A DNA stretch of 64,000 bases from the NCBI GenBank assembly GCA_949373235.1, contig CASICQ010000007.1:1030-65029 (forward strand), read 5' to 3'. Each line of letters begins with the position of its first letter. Within the stretch, counting starts at the first letter, position 1. The notes beneath the pieces were generated by a model. It did no database searches and was not told the DNA's origin. It saw only the letters and a list, made by a program, of their open reading frames with translations. Source of the stretch: Candidatus Poseidoniaceae archaeon. Lineage in GTDB: Archaea; Thermoplasmatota; Poseidoniia; Poseidoniales; Poseidoniaceae. Of this stretch, positions 37,945 to 47,838 are shown piece by piece. The position numbers were made by a program, and so were the translations under genes.

Positions 37945-38085
37945 TGGCGTTCACCGCCTCCCGCCTGAGCGAGTGTGCATCCCGTGCTCCGAAGAGCAGT
38001 TTCAGTACCGTATGGTCCCATATCAAACCACCGCGCGATGTCACGGTTGCCAAAACCGCTTCAGCAGGAGTTTGTTTTCGCCGAC

Positions 38086-39408
38086 CTAAGCGTTCGTCTC
38101 TTCGCGCTCGTCAATTTCGAAGGCATCGTTTGGAACATCGAGAATGGCTTGCCTCAATGACGCTCGCAATTTTGTGAGTTCCCCATAACAAACAAGAATG
38201 TCATCCCAGCGCAGCTGAATTTCGTTTGGAGGGTTCCAAATTAGGCTGTTGTCCCGGGAAAGTGCGAAAACAGGAATTTCCGCTTCTGATTTGAATAAAC
38301 TTGCGAGCGGCTTGCCCACCACATTCGGGTGGTTTCGAATTTGAAGGGAGAGGACGCCAGCCCCTGGGACGGTGCGAAGCAACTGATCTAAATCGACTTC
38401 AGAGAATTCTGTTTCGCTCATGACATAGTCGATAATCGCTCCTGCGACGTTGACGCCGCTTGCTTTCTCAATGCCTTCAAGTCCGGGCGAGGAGTTGACT
38501 TCCAACACGAGTGGGCCATCGTCGGATTCAAGCAAATCCACTCCAGCAACATGCAGACCAAGCACTCGAGCAGCGCGACACGCTGCTTCTTCGAAATCCG
38601 GGGGCAAATCGACTTTTTCGACCGTCCCGTTCAGGTGATAGTTGGAACGAAATTCCCGCCCGCGCGCTCGCCGTCGCATGCTCGCAACCACTCGGTCGCC
38701 AACCACCAGAGCGCGCACATCTTTCCCGTGGGATTCGGCAATGTATTCTTGCACCAGAACGGCCCGCCCTGTCAGCAACAAACCTTGTACGAGGTTGTTT
38801 GCTTCACGGAGGGTGTGCCGAAGAAAGACACCTTGGCCTTGTGTTCCCTGTGTGACCTTGATGACAACAGGGAGCCCTCCAACGAAGTCCACAGCCGTTT
38901 CCACATCGATGATGTCCCTGACATAGGTTGTGCGAGGAACGGGGAGTCTGTTCCGAGCGAGGATTTGCGAAGCATGCAACTTATCACGGCTCTGAAGGAT
39001 GCCCCCCCCGCTGTTTGCAGTCCATATGCCCAGTTGCTCCAAATGGCGCAAAACGGCCACGCCGTGCTTGGTGATCGAGTGTCCGATTCGAGGGATCACC
39101 GCATCGAAATTGAAGGGCTCGCCGTTGTGGAGTACGTCGATCCTACCGTCAGCGACAAAAAGTGAAAACTTCATCGGGTCCGCAACATAGGGGTCGAGGC
39201 CTCTCTTTCTCGCTTCCTCAACGAGGCGTCGAGTGCTGTACAAGCGCGGCCCTCTTGAGAGGATCGCCAACCGAAGGTCAGAGCGAGACGCATCATTGAC
39301 GCGGTGCTGCTCATCTTCTGTGCTCATATCCCCTCGACGAAGGAACGCGCCTTTCAAGTGCTCGCTTGGAATCGGAACAAACATGTCAGAAGAACAGGTC
39401 GAGACCAC
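38086..39408 (-). CDS. RimK-type ATP-grasp ligase fused to a C-terminal TrkA-C (RCK_C) domain
   Basis: ATP-grasp core (VVIKVTQGTQGQGVF... EVNSSPG) followed by a 70-aa segment matching TrkA-C (IPVFALSRDNSLIWNP...LRWDDILVCYGE). Confidence 0.65.
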   Translation of the reverse strand: MVSTCSSDMFVPIPSEHLKGAFLRRGDMSTEDEQHRVNDASRSDLRLAILSRGPRLYSTRRLVEEARKRGLDPYVADPMKFSLFVADGRIDVLHNGEPFNFDAVIPRIGHSITKHGVAVLRHLEQLGIWTANSGGGILQSRDKLHASQILARNRLPVPRTTYVRDIIDVETAVDFVGGLPVVIKVTQGTQGQGVFLRHTLREANNLVQGLLLTGRAVLVQEYIAESHGKDVRALVVGDRVVASMRRRARGREFRSNYHLNGTVEKVDLPPDFEEAACRAARVLGLHVAGVDLLESDDGPLVLEVNSSPGLEGIEKASGVNVAGAIIDYVMSETEFSEVDLDQLLRTVPGAGVLSLQIRNHPNVVGKPLASLFKSEAEIPVFALSRDNSLIWNPPNEIQLRWDDILVCYGELTKLRASLRQAILDVPNDAFEIDEREETNA

Positions 39409-40405
39409 TGCGGCAGAACCAACTGTAGACGCTGACCGGGATGAAGAAGTTCAAGCCATGACGCTTGAACAACGCCAAGAGGCTCTCAAACAATCCCGCT
39501 GGAACGTTTTTTTGTGGCTCGGTATTGCGGTCTTGATGTTTGGTTTCGCTCTTTTCCCAATGTCCTTTGACGAAAGTTATGACGGCTTCACCAACTCTGC
39601 TGAGAAAGACATAGGTTGGGTTTGGGGGCCTTCGCTTCCAGGTGAAGATTTCATGGATGTACCATTGACGATCGACGCCACAGTGCAAAATCCACCGGCT
39701 GAAATTGATGTCCACCTTGCCGCTTATGCCTTGCAAGAGAAAGATTGCGCTCAAAATTTAGGGGCACAGACAGAACTTGCTCGCACAGGGACAGACCACA
39801 ATTACCAGTACATTTTGCTTGAAGAACCGCCTGTTGCAGGCGGAGAATACACCTTCGATTTCAAACTCGATTCCGGACACTACTGTGTGGTTGTGCAATT
39901 TGTCAACAGCGATGGAAGCAACATCGGTGACGCGTCAACAAGCATGACCATCGACGGCGCTGTGTATCCAAATCAAGTGATTGCGGGTATTTTTGGCATC
40001 GTTTGCTTGAGCCTCTCTGCGTTTGCCTTTATTGGTGCACAACGTCATGGGGAATCGGTCAGAAGCTTGCTTGAAGGGGATTTGGAAACCACTGAAACCA
40101 AGGTGCTTGCATCAATTTCAAGCGAGCGAATTGCTGCCGGTCCTGCCGCTGGCCCTCCTGGTGCCGATGGCCCTGCTGGCCCACCCGACGCAAGCGGGCC
40201 GAGCGGCCCGCCACAAAAGGCGGAACCCGCCACCCCTGAATCACCACCCGCTGATGCACCCATTGGCGATCAGGCGGCTGAACAAAGCTACACCTACGAG
40301 CCGGCTGAAAATGGATACTTCTTCCGAAAGATGCCAGATGGATCTTACGATCAAACCGTCTATGTGCAAAACGAAGACGGAACCTACAGCCCACATGAGG
40401 CTTGA
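39383..40405 (+). CDS. single-pass membrane protein with a collagen-like Gly-Pro tract
   Basis: N-terminal TM; second TM near residue 210; GPAAGPPGADGPAGPPDASGPSGPP. Confidence 0.5.
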   Translation: MSEEQVETTAAEPTVDADRDEEVQAMTLEQRQEALKQSRWNVFLWLGIAVLMFGFALFPMSFDESYDGFTNSAEKDIGWVWGPSLPGEDFMDVPLTIDATVQNPPAEIDVHLAAYALQEKDCAQNLGAQTELARTGTDHNYQYILLEEPPVAGGEYTFDFKLDSGHYCVVVQFVNSDGSNIGDASTSMTIDGAVYPNQVIAGIFGIVCLSLSAFAFIGAQRHGESVRSLLEGDLETTETKVLASISSERIAAGPAAGPPGADGPAGPPDASGPSGPPQKAEPATPESPPADAPIGDQAAEQSYTYEPAENGYFFRKMPDGSYDQTVYVQNEDGTYSPHEA

Positions 40406-40503
40406 CCGCTCGTTTTCACCTCAGCCAAAACCCATGCTTGGGGGTGCTCATGGAGCGCCATCCTTGAAAGGGATAGCCGACAGGCCTCAATTGGGGTTCA
40501 AGC

Positions 40504-42633
40504 ATGAGCGATGATGTAGCATCGACATTAACGGTTGCTAAACTGAAGGCCCTATGCATTCTCAATGACCTGTCAACCTCAGGAAAAAAGAGTGAATTGG
40601 TCGCTCGTTTGCTGAAAGCTGATCTCACTCACAAGGAAGTGGGCCTGCCCGAACAAGCAGCACCTGAAATCGAAGTGGAGGCGGAACAAGACGAATTTGT
40701 TATGTCCATGGAAGATGAAGACACCCTCACCCCCGATGTCGAGCCGGAAAAGGAACAAAGGGAACCGGCTAAGGTGGAAAAGGTCGACGTCTTGGAAGCT
40801 GAAATCCTCGAGGCCGATTTGGTCGAGGAGGAGGCGCCCGTGCCTGCACCAGTCAAGGTCAAGAAAGGCGTTGGTAGCGCACAACCCGCAACCTTACTGG
40901 ACATCATCAAGAGGCCTCAGGTTGCTGCCGGATTAATGGCACTGATCATCTTGGGCGCTGGTGGTTATTATTACATCAACAACCAACTTGAACCGTTTAC
41001 TGCAGACCAATTGCGCTACGGTGATGAGATGCGGTACACCATAAAAGACGGAACCTTCCTCGCCACAGACGGCTTTGTAGAATTGGCATTGGAACAGCTT
41101 GAAACCGAGGATGAAATTTGTAAATTCTCCTTGCTGTTTGAAGGCGATGGGACGCTTGCGATTACGGAAGGTGGCACCGATCAATTGTACGCAGAAGGAT
41201 CGACCGACCGCCTTGGAGCGGTTGTGGCGAAAGGCGGCATGGGTGGCCAGTGGTTGGCCGTTGAGAGCATCAACAGCAACACCCTCGACAAGTTCACGGT
41301 TCAACGCCACCTTACCAACGCCTTCAATGGCTGTTCTTCGACCTACATTCGCGCTGACGGGAGTGCGGAAATTACCACCAAACAACACACTGAACTGAGG
41401 GAGCAAGCCATGCTTTCCACTCAAGCAGATTGGGAGGTTGATTTGCCAGATCCAATTGGTCAATACCGCGGCACGACGGTAAGTTATGGCGTGGGTGGAT
41501 TGCTTGGTGGCTTGGAATCATTAGCTCCTGGTTTTGCAATGATGTTGCAACCAATTGAGGTTGAGGATTTGCTCGGCAACAGCTTGATTGATGTCGGTGC
41601 CAGCGGCAGCAGCAATGGCTGGGATTGGCGGGTCATCGGCATTGATGAATTTTCCAACAACGCCGCGTGGAAGGTGATCGCCACTCACCAAGACATCAAA
41701 ACATACTGCCTAGGCTCCGCTACGATGGAACTGTGGATTGAAGAAGGCAACCCTTGGGCGGCGAAACAAAAGGTCGATGTGGTCATTTCAAGTTCTTCGA
41801 CAAATCAACAAGACTGTTCGACAACCTCGCAAATACTCAACGATCTGGTGTTGCCAGAAGGTGAATTGGAACTGCACCATGTCTTCGAACGCACGTCCAT
41901 TGAACGCGGTCAAAAGCAACTGGATTTGGGCAGATCGTATTCTTCCCGTCCTCAAGCCAATCAATTGCAAATCGATGAAAAGGATTTGAACAGTTGGGGT
42001 GGAAACGAGCCGCATATGCCCGATGAAACCACAATGCGTTCGCACGATTTTGAACTGGCAATCGGCTGCTTTGATTACTTCCAAGGCGAAGCGAGTGGCG
42101 CAACAAATGCCATCGACGACAGCGGCTACATCTGGCGAGCAACAACAAAGGACACGGCTCAAGGCAGTGAATGGAACATGTCATGGGTGGCCCAAGATGA
42201 AAGCGCTGGATGGATTAAGTTCAATCTCACGGGAACGCCGAGCGAAAGCGCTTGTGAGTTCACAGAAAAAGGAGTCTTTGATGACAGCGTTGCGTTCAAC
42301 AGGGATGCAATCCCCGCAACGCTCAACATTTCCACCATGGAACAACGCCTGTCTGATGCGGTGTTGTATGAGCAACTTAGCGGAACCGACCAGTTCTTTA
42401 CTTCCTCTGGCACTTTTGCCACAGATGTTCAGGTCGGCTATCTTGTCGTGGTGCCCGGCGGCGATCTCAACACTCTGCTCTCAAACCTCGCTAGCGATGC
42501 TGACGGTGCGGTTTCAATCGATATGTCGCGAACATGGGACGGCAACGACGGATGGGCGAATCAACTGAACCTCCTCGCCGATGCAAATGAAGGCCGTTTG
42601 CTTGGATGGAGCCTGATTCAGCAGCCGCAATAA
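40504..42633 (+). CDS. membrane protein: N-terminal SAP/Rho_N-like helix-extended-helix domain, acidic linker, TM helix, 560-aa extracellular domain
   Basis: LTVAKLKALCILNDLSTSGKKSELVARLLKA (SAP-like); Glu-rich linker; TM VAAGLMALIILGAGGYYYI. Confidence 0.55.
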   Translation: MSDDVASTLTVAKLKALCILNDLSTSGKKSELVARLLKADLTHKEVGLPEQAAPEIEVEAEQDEFVMSMEDEDTLTPDVEPEKEQREPAKVEKVDVLEAEILEADLVEEEAPVPAPVKVKKGVGSAQPATLLDIIKRPQVAAGLMALIILGAGGYYYINNQLEPFTADQLRYGDEMRYTIKDGTFLATDGFVELALEQLETEDEICKFSLLFEGDGTLAITEGGTDQLYAEGSTDRLGAVVAKGGMGGQWLAVESINSNTLDKFTVQRHLTNAFNGCSSTYIRADGSAEITTKQHTELREQAMLSTQADWEVDLPDPIGQYRGTTVSYGVGGLLGGLESLAPGFAMMLQPIEVEDLLGNSLIDVGASGSSNGWDWRVIGIDEFSNNAAWKVIATHQDIKTYCLGSATMELWIEEGNPWAAKQKVDVVISSSSTNQQDCSTTSQILNDLVLPEGELELHHVFERTSIERGQKQLDLGRSYSSRPQANQLQIDEKDLNSWGGNEPHMPDETTMRSHDFELAIGCFDYFQGEASGATNAIDDSGYIWRATTKDTAQGSEWNMSWVAQDESAGWIKFNLTGTPSESACEFTEKGVFDDSVAFNRDAIPATLNISTMEQRLSDAVLYEQLSGTDQFFTSSGTFATDVQVGYLVVVPGGDLNTLLSNLASDADGAVSIDMSRTWDGNDGWANQLNLLADANEGRLLGWSLIQQPQ

Positions 42634-42640
42634 GCGCTCA

Positions 42641-45600
42641 TTACCGGCGAGGGTCGTACGGTGGCAGGCTTCCTAAATCAGGGGCAGAGGGCACGCTTGC
42701 AAACTGCGGTGGCGCATAGGCCTGAGGTGCTTGAGTGAAGGCGCTTTGTTTGGCTTGCTTTGGACGGCGAGGCCGTGTGACAAGGAATGCCAACAATGCG
42801 ATGACAAAGACGACCGCTGAGACGACAAGAAGAGCGTTGTTTTCCAACGTCGCTAGGAACTCTGTCGCTTCACTGGCGTTGGTTTCATCATCAACAACCG
42901 GGACCGGTGGTGGCGGGTTCCATACGAGGTAGGTAATCGACCATCGAACACTGATTTGACCGCGCTCGTCGCTTATTGTCGCGGTGATCGATTCTGGGCC
43001 AACAGTTCCGTTTGTGTCGCAAAGGTATTGACCAAACTCAGAGGCCGGAGACGAGCAATTGAAGGCTTGTTCCTCAAACACCCATCCTGTCGCAATCACC
43101 GTGTTGTTCCTGTACCACTGAACGGTTGGGTTGAGCCTCTCGAGGCTTTGATTGTCAAGGGAGACAGAGAGGGACAGCTGAAGTGTATCATTTGTTGCGT
43201 TCAAGGTCAGGCTTCGAAATTGTGGCGAGGCGGAAACGTAGGCTGAACGATCGATGTCCTGATCAATCAAGCCATCGCAGTCATCGTCGAGGCCGTTCCA
43301 ACGCTCATTGGCGGAAGGCGAAATGAGACTGTTATTGTCGTCGCAATCGTTGAACCAACGGTAACTGTCCCCATCGTTGTCAAGGTCGGGATAGAGTGGG
43401 TCTGTGTTGGTGGAAAAGAGTTCAATGCCATCAAGCAAGCCGTCCCCGTCGGTATCGGGATCAAACGGGTCGGTGCCGTAAACCAGGTACTCTTCCATAT
43501 CCAAGAGGCCGTCGAAGTCAGCGTCTGTGTCGATGAAATCTTCATCGATCTCCCCGTTGCAGTTGTTGTCGAGGCCATCCAAGGCTTCAGCCATACCGGG
43601 GTTGAACGAGGCGTTTGTATCGTCGCAGTCTTGGAACCAATAGTACCCGTCCATGTCTGAATCGTTGTCTTTGACAAGAGGATTGGTGAGGTGAATCAAA
43701 ACTTCTGCCCCATCTTCGAGTCCGTCGTCATCCGAGTCATCGTTTTGCCAATCGGTGCCGTAATCATGGTACTCTTCGAAGTCGTACAGGCCGTCGCCGT
43801 CCACATCTGTGAGGTTGAAACCTTCATCCCAGGTGCCGTTGCAGTCGTCATCGATGCCGTTCAGCACCTCGAGGGCATCAGGGTAGACATCCGGGTTTGA
43901 ATCGTTGCAGTCTTGGAACCAATAGAACCCATCTGCGTCCGCGTCCGCATCGAACACAAGTGGATTTGTCCCGTAGATGTTCACTTCATCGCCATCTGAC
44001 AAAAGATCGTCGTCGGTATCGTTGTCGAGCGGGTCTGTCCCATTTACGAGCACTTCTTGCCCGTCGTCAAGACCGTCCATGTCCGTGTCAGTGGAGAGCG
44101 GATCTGTTCCATAAACGAGCACCTCCAGGCCGTCATTTAGTTCATCATCATCCGTGTCAATGTCGTTGGGGTCGGTGCCGTAGACGTCTGTTTCATTGGC
44201 ATCGCTGAGGTTATCACCGTCTGAATCGAGGTTTATCTGCGTTCCATGAATGATGAGTTCCCATTCCTCGAGGGTCCCGGTGTCGCCGTAGCCTTGATCT
44301 TCGACCGATAATGTCCACGTGCCTCGGCTGTCTTCGCCCCAGTGTTGAACGGAGCCGAAGCGCCAATTGTTGTAGTCGTTGTTTTCGTCATCGTGTTTTT
44401 CAGAAAGAATGCTTTGGTGGCCCGATGGGCTTGTCAAAGTGAGCGCGATATCGCCACGGAAGTTATGCGGAATGTCGACGATGACATCGAGGTTTTCGAT
44501 TTGAATCGCTTCGGTCACTGTTGTGTTGACCTCGATGTAACCCTCGTCCCGGTCAGGGATATCGAGGTCGGTTTGGAGGGTCCCTGATGAAACTGAAAGT
44601 TCTTGATCTGCGGTTTCCCAATTGGCCGCCGCGGCGACCGCTGCTCCAGCGTCAATCACGCCGTAGCCGTACTTGTGGCTCACGAGGTAGCCTGCCCCAT
44701 TGGTGGCCCAAGAGTTGTCATTTGGATCGTTTTGTTTGGAGGTTTCGACGAGAATATGTTGAACATCTCGCCACGTGAGGTTCGCATTTGCTTCAAGCAT
44801 CAAGGCGATAATACCTGAAACAAGCGGGGTTGCAGAAGAGGTCCCGCCAAATGTGCTGGTGTAGTCGGTGCTGCTGTAACCGCCAGATCCTTCGATGTCT
44901 GTGGTGGTGATGCTCTCCCCATCGCCATTTGAGGGCGAGGCAACAAGCACATTTGCTCCCGGTTCAGCGTAGTATGATTGTTGGCCCTTGTGGTCCACTG
45001 CGGTGACCGCAATGGTGTATCGCAAGTTCGCATAGCCGTCATTGTTCGAATTGTCATCGTCGTCGAGTCCGTTTCCTGCCGCCCATGTAATGATGCTTCC
45101 AAGACCGTTTCTCCCTTGAAGCGCCCCTGATTCAAGGGCAGCGAGCATCAATGGGCCTGGCCCAGCAAGGGTTTCGCCGTTGTCACTCGGGCCCCAAGAA
45201 TTGGAATAAATGTCAATGGCTTGGCGTTCGTGGCTCAACGTGTCTGCCTCTCGCACGTCGGTTGTGCTGCATGAAATGAGTTGGAGTCCGACGAGGGTTG
45301 CCTCCGGGGCAGCGCCAGTTACCCCGATGCCATTGTTGCCAGTTGCGGCAGCAACACCACCGGCTGCTGTTCCGTGCGCGTTGTTCGAGGTTGGTGTTGG
45401 GTCATCGTCGTTGTTGCAGAAATCATAATCCAAGCTGGAATCATAATCTGTAAAGATGTCCGGGTGGTTCCAATCCAAGCCATCATCGACAATCCCTATG
45501 ACCACCCCTGCGCCTTTGTAGGTGTTCCATGCACCAGTGATGTTGACGTCTTCGCCGCTGGTACCGCCGGTTTGCCCGGTGTTGACGAGGTGCCATTGTT

Positions 45601-46048
45601 CGTTGAATTTAGAATCGTTTGGCGTCCATCTCGGTTCCATTGTCCGTTCGATAAGCGGGTAGGCTGCTTCGATGACCCCCTTCTGTTGCCATGCCTCAAG
45701 GGTCTTCAGTGCCTCTTCTGCATTCAACTGGACGACGAACGCCCCCTCGAGGTGTTCGGTTGGAATCCCCATCTCAAGGTACGAGAACACAACCCATTCG
45801 TTTACGCTTAACAGGTCTGATTCCTCGTAGATGGAGAGATCGCTGTGGAACGCGATTGAGGCGCGTACCGATGAAGAATAGCCATCGATGATTGGGTGGT
45901 CTTGAGCGGAAGAGAGAGGGGCTCCTTCAGCGGTAGAAGGTGAGGTGAATGCGAGCGATGCCCCAGCCATCGGCACCAGCATGGCGCCAAGCAACATGAG
46001 GCACATGAATTTGGCACGCATGGATTTTCCTCCTTTCCGGACCGTCAT
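42641..46048 (-). CDS. kexin/subtilisin-like serine protease (S8) with a proprotein-convertase P-domain, about 12 thrombospondin-type-3-like Ca-binding repeats, a C-terminal TM and a cytoplasmic tail
   Basis: Catalytic D (GIVDDG), H (HGTAAGG), S (GTSSATPLVSG); P-domain; repeated DxDxDGxxDxxE units; TM VVSAVVFVIALLAFLV. Confidence 0.85.
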   Translation of the reverse strand: MTVRKGGKSMRAKFMCLMLLGAMLVPMAGASLAFTSPSTAEGAPLSSAQDHPIIDGYSSSVRASIAFHSDLSIYEESDLLSVNEWVVFSYLEMGIPTEHLEGAFVVQLNAEEALKTLEAWQQKGVIEAAYPLIERTMEPRWTPNDSKFNEQWHLVNTGQTGGTSGEDVNITGAWNTYKGAGVVIGIVDDGLDWNHPDIFTDYDSSLDYDFCNNDDDPTPTSNNAHGTAAGGVAAATGNNGIGVTGAAPEATLVGLQLISCSTTDVREADTLSHERQAIDIYSNSWGPSDNGETLAGPGPLMLAALESGALQGRNGLGSIITWAAGNGLDDDDNSNNDGYANLRYTIAVTAVDHKGQQSYYAEPGANVLVASPSNGDGESITTTDIEGSGGYSSTDYTSTFGGTSSATPLVSGIIALMLEANANLTWRDVQHILVETSKQNDPNDNSWATNGAGYLVSHKYGYGVIDAGAAVAAAANWETADQELSVSSGTLQTDLDIPDRDEGYIEVNTTVTEAIQIENLDVIVDIPHNFRGDIALTLTSPSGHQSILSEKHDDENNDYNNWRFGSVQHWGEDSRGTWTLSVEDQGYGDTGTLEEWELIIHGTQINLDSDGDNLSDANETDVYGTDPNDIDTDDDELNDGLEVLVYGTDPLSTDTDMDGLDDGQEVLVNGTDPLDNDTDDDLLSDGDEVNIYGTNPLVFDADADADGFYWFQDCNDSNPDVYPDALEVLNGIDDDCNGTWDEGFNLTDVDGDGLYDFEEYHDYGTDWQNDDSDDDGLEDGAEVLIHLTNPLVKDNDSDMDGYYWFQDCDDTNASFNPGMAEALDGLDNNCNGEIDEDFIDTDADFDGLLDMEEYLVYGTDPFDPDTDGDGLLDGIELFSTNTDPLYPDLDNDGDSYRWFNDCDDNNSLISPSANERWNGLDDDCDGLIDQDIDRSAYVSASPQFRSLTLNATNDTLQLSLSVSLDNQSLERLNPTVQWYRNNTVIATGWVFEEQAFNCSSPASEFGQYLCDTNGTVGPESITATISDERGQISVRWSITYLVWNPPPPVPVVDDETNASEATEFLATLENNALLVVSAVVFVIALLAFLVTRPRRPKQAKQSAFTQAPQAYAPPQFASVPSAPDLGSLPPYDPRR

Positions 46049-46084
46049 AATGCTACCCCTGCTCTGTTTGTTGGATGGAGGCGG

Positions 46085-46786
46085 TCATGGAGAGGGGTGC
46101 GAACGACTGAGGCGGTTTGCCAGCGATTCAATCGTTTCCTCATCGGATTGCAGGGAACGAATGTAGCGCGGGATGGTGTGCGAAGAGTGTTCGAGTTCCG
46201 ACAAGGTCCCAACCCATTCAAGCGCATGGGTTGGTCTCGCCAGCGAAGCATCTTGGGTCGAGTGGACGGTCCACACTGAACACCCATCGCCGTCTTCCGA
46301 TGCGGTCTGGAGGCAAAACTTCTGAGGCAACGGAGATGAATGGCAGGTCAGGTCGTTGCGGTTGACATGCTCTACAATGCAATCGTTGACCACATAAGAC
46401 GCCCCCATGGATTCCAGCGCCTCGATGGAGGGTTGGTCTTCTGCGCCCCGTTGAAACCAGACGAGGGGAAAGGTTTGATGATCGAGCCTGATGATCATGT
46501 CCCGAACCACGTTTCGTGCTCGCTGAGGGGCCAAAAAAAGAACAACAACATCAGGCTGCAGTCCTTCATCGACGTGCGGGCGGATTGGGAAACCACCAAC
46601 CGTTGCACCTGCATCTCTTGGGTGAAGTGGTGCGCATGCCCAGCCACGCTCTCGAAGTTCCAAAACCGCTTGGTGGGCAGGGCGCTCAGGGTTTAGACCA
46701 GCACCAAAAACATGAATGCACTGAGTTTCAACCACGCATTTGCTCAATTGTGAAGGCTCCAAAGAGGAGGTTCCTTCGAAGTGCAT
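46085..46786 (-). CDS. CoA-binding-domain protein (YccU-like) with a Cys-containing C-terminal extension
   Basis: IHVFGAGLNPERPAHQAVLELRERGW ... VVVLFLAP Rossmann-like CoA-binding signature. Confidence 0.5.
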   Translation of the reverse strand: MHFEGTSSLEPSQLSKCVVETQCIHVFGAGLNPERPAHQAVLELRERGWACAPLHPRDAGATVGGFPIRPHVDEGLQPDVVVLFLAPQRARNVVRDMIIRLDHQTFPLVWFQRGAEDQPSIEALESMGASYVVNDCIVEHVNRNDLTCHSSPLPQKFCLQTASEDGDGCSVWTVHSTQDASLARPTHALEWVGTLSELEHSSHTIPRYIRSLQSDEETIESLANRLSRSHPSP

Positions 46787-46958
46787 AAAGAAAAATCTCG
46801 TTCGATGACTTATCAAAACTTGTACAGCGGCTAGCGCAGCGTTGTTCAGCAATTGGTTTCAAGTTGATGAACCGTTAGGGGCAACTGTGACCGGAGCATC
46901 GCGACCCCCTCACGACCGTGGGCATGTCTTGTGGTCTGCTGAAGATGGGCCGACGCGT

Positions 46959-47828
46959 ATGCTCCAAGCAAGTTTTGATCGTTGGGTCGGGTCTGTTCTT
47001 GCCGATGATGGCATTGATATGCCGTTCATGGGCGGGGCTCAGGCCGTTGAAGCAACAATCATCAGCAAGGCCGATGGCATCGTTGTTGGAACCGCAGCAA
47101 TCGACCATATGTTGCAAATTTGGGCCCCTTCGCTGAAGATCACTTGGATGGCCAGTGATGGCAAAAAGGTATCCGTAGGCGATGAAATCGCAAGCATCAA
47201 CGGTGACAGAGAAACGGTTCTCATGATGGAACGAAGCATACTCAACATCCTTGGTCAACTCTCAGGAATCGCCACGGAAGCAAAACGCTGGTCTGCGATT
47301 GCACCAGGACAAATTGCCTGCACTCGCAAGACAATTTGGGGATTGATGGATAAATGGGCCGTGCACCTCGGCGGAGGGCTCACCCATCGATTGAATCGGG
47401 CTGACGCTCAAATGGTCAAAGAAAACGATCTTGCATCAATGCTTGATGGCGTTGACGGGCATGCGAATCGAATCGCTCAGTACCTCCAAGAGGTAGATGT
47501 TTCAACATGTGGAGCGTTTCTGGAAGTTGAGGTCCGCGAAGGGAAGGAAGCCATCATTGCTGCAGCCATGTGGGCGCAACGCCGGGAAGAAGGCGTGAAA
47601 AAACTCGTCATTATGCTGGACAATTTTGGCCCAGAGCGATGCAAGGAAGTCGCCGCTGAACTCACAGAAATGGGCCTCAGAGAACACGTTGTTTTGGAAG
47701 CGAGTGGCGGTATTGAATTCGAACACCTCGACCAGTGGCACGAATGTGGTCTGGATGTACTCTCTACAAGCGCCATCAACAGGGGCGTTGCCCCGCTTGA
47801 TGTGTCCATGTTGATCACCGGCGCTTGA
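46959..47828 (+). CDS. nadC: nicotinate-nucleotide pyrophosphorylase (quinolinate phosphoribosyltransferase)
   Basis: Colinear with NadC (ADDGIDMPFMGG... KITWMASDG ... LDNFGPE). Confidence 0.8.
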   Translation: MLQASFDRWVGSVLADDGIDMPFMGGAQAVEATIISKADGIVVGTAAIDHMLQIWAPSLKITWMASDGKKVSVGDEIASINGDRETVLMMERSILNILGQLSGIATEAKRWSAIAPGQIACTRKTIWGLMDKWAVHLGGGLTHRLNRADAQMVKENDLASMLDGVDGHANRIAQYLQEVDVSTCGAFLEVEVREGKEAIIAAAMWAQRREEGVKKLVIMLDNFGPERCKEVAAELTEMGLREHVVLEASGGIEFEHLDQWHECGLDVLSTSAINRGVAPLDVSMLITGA

Positions 47829-47838
47829 GGTGTGATTC

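Noticed and set aside
43300-44250. Periodic DNA repeats in the subtilase gene considered as a possible mobile or tandem-repeat element
   Set aside because: They encode in-frame TSP3-like DxDxDG repeats of a single large ORF.
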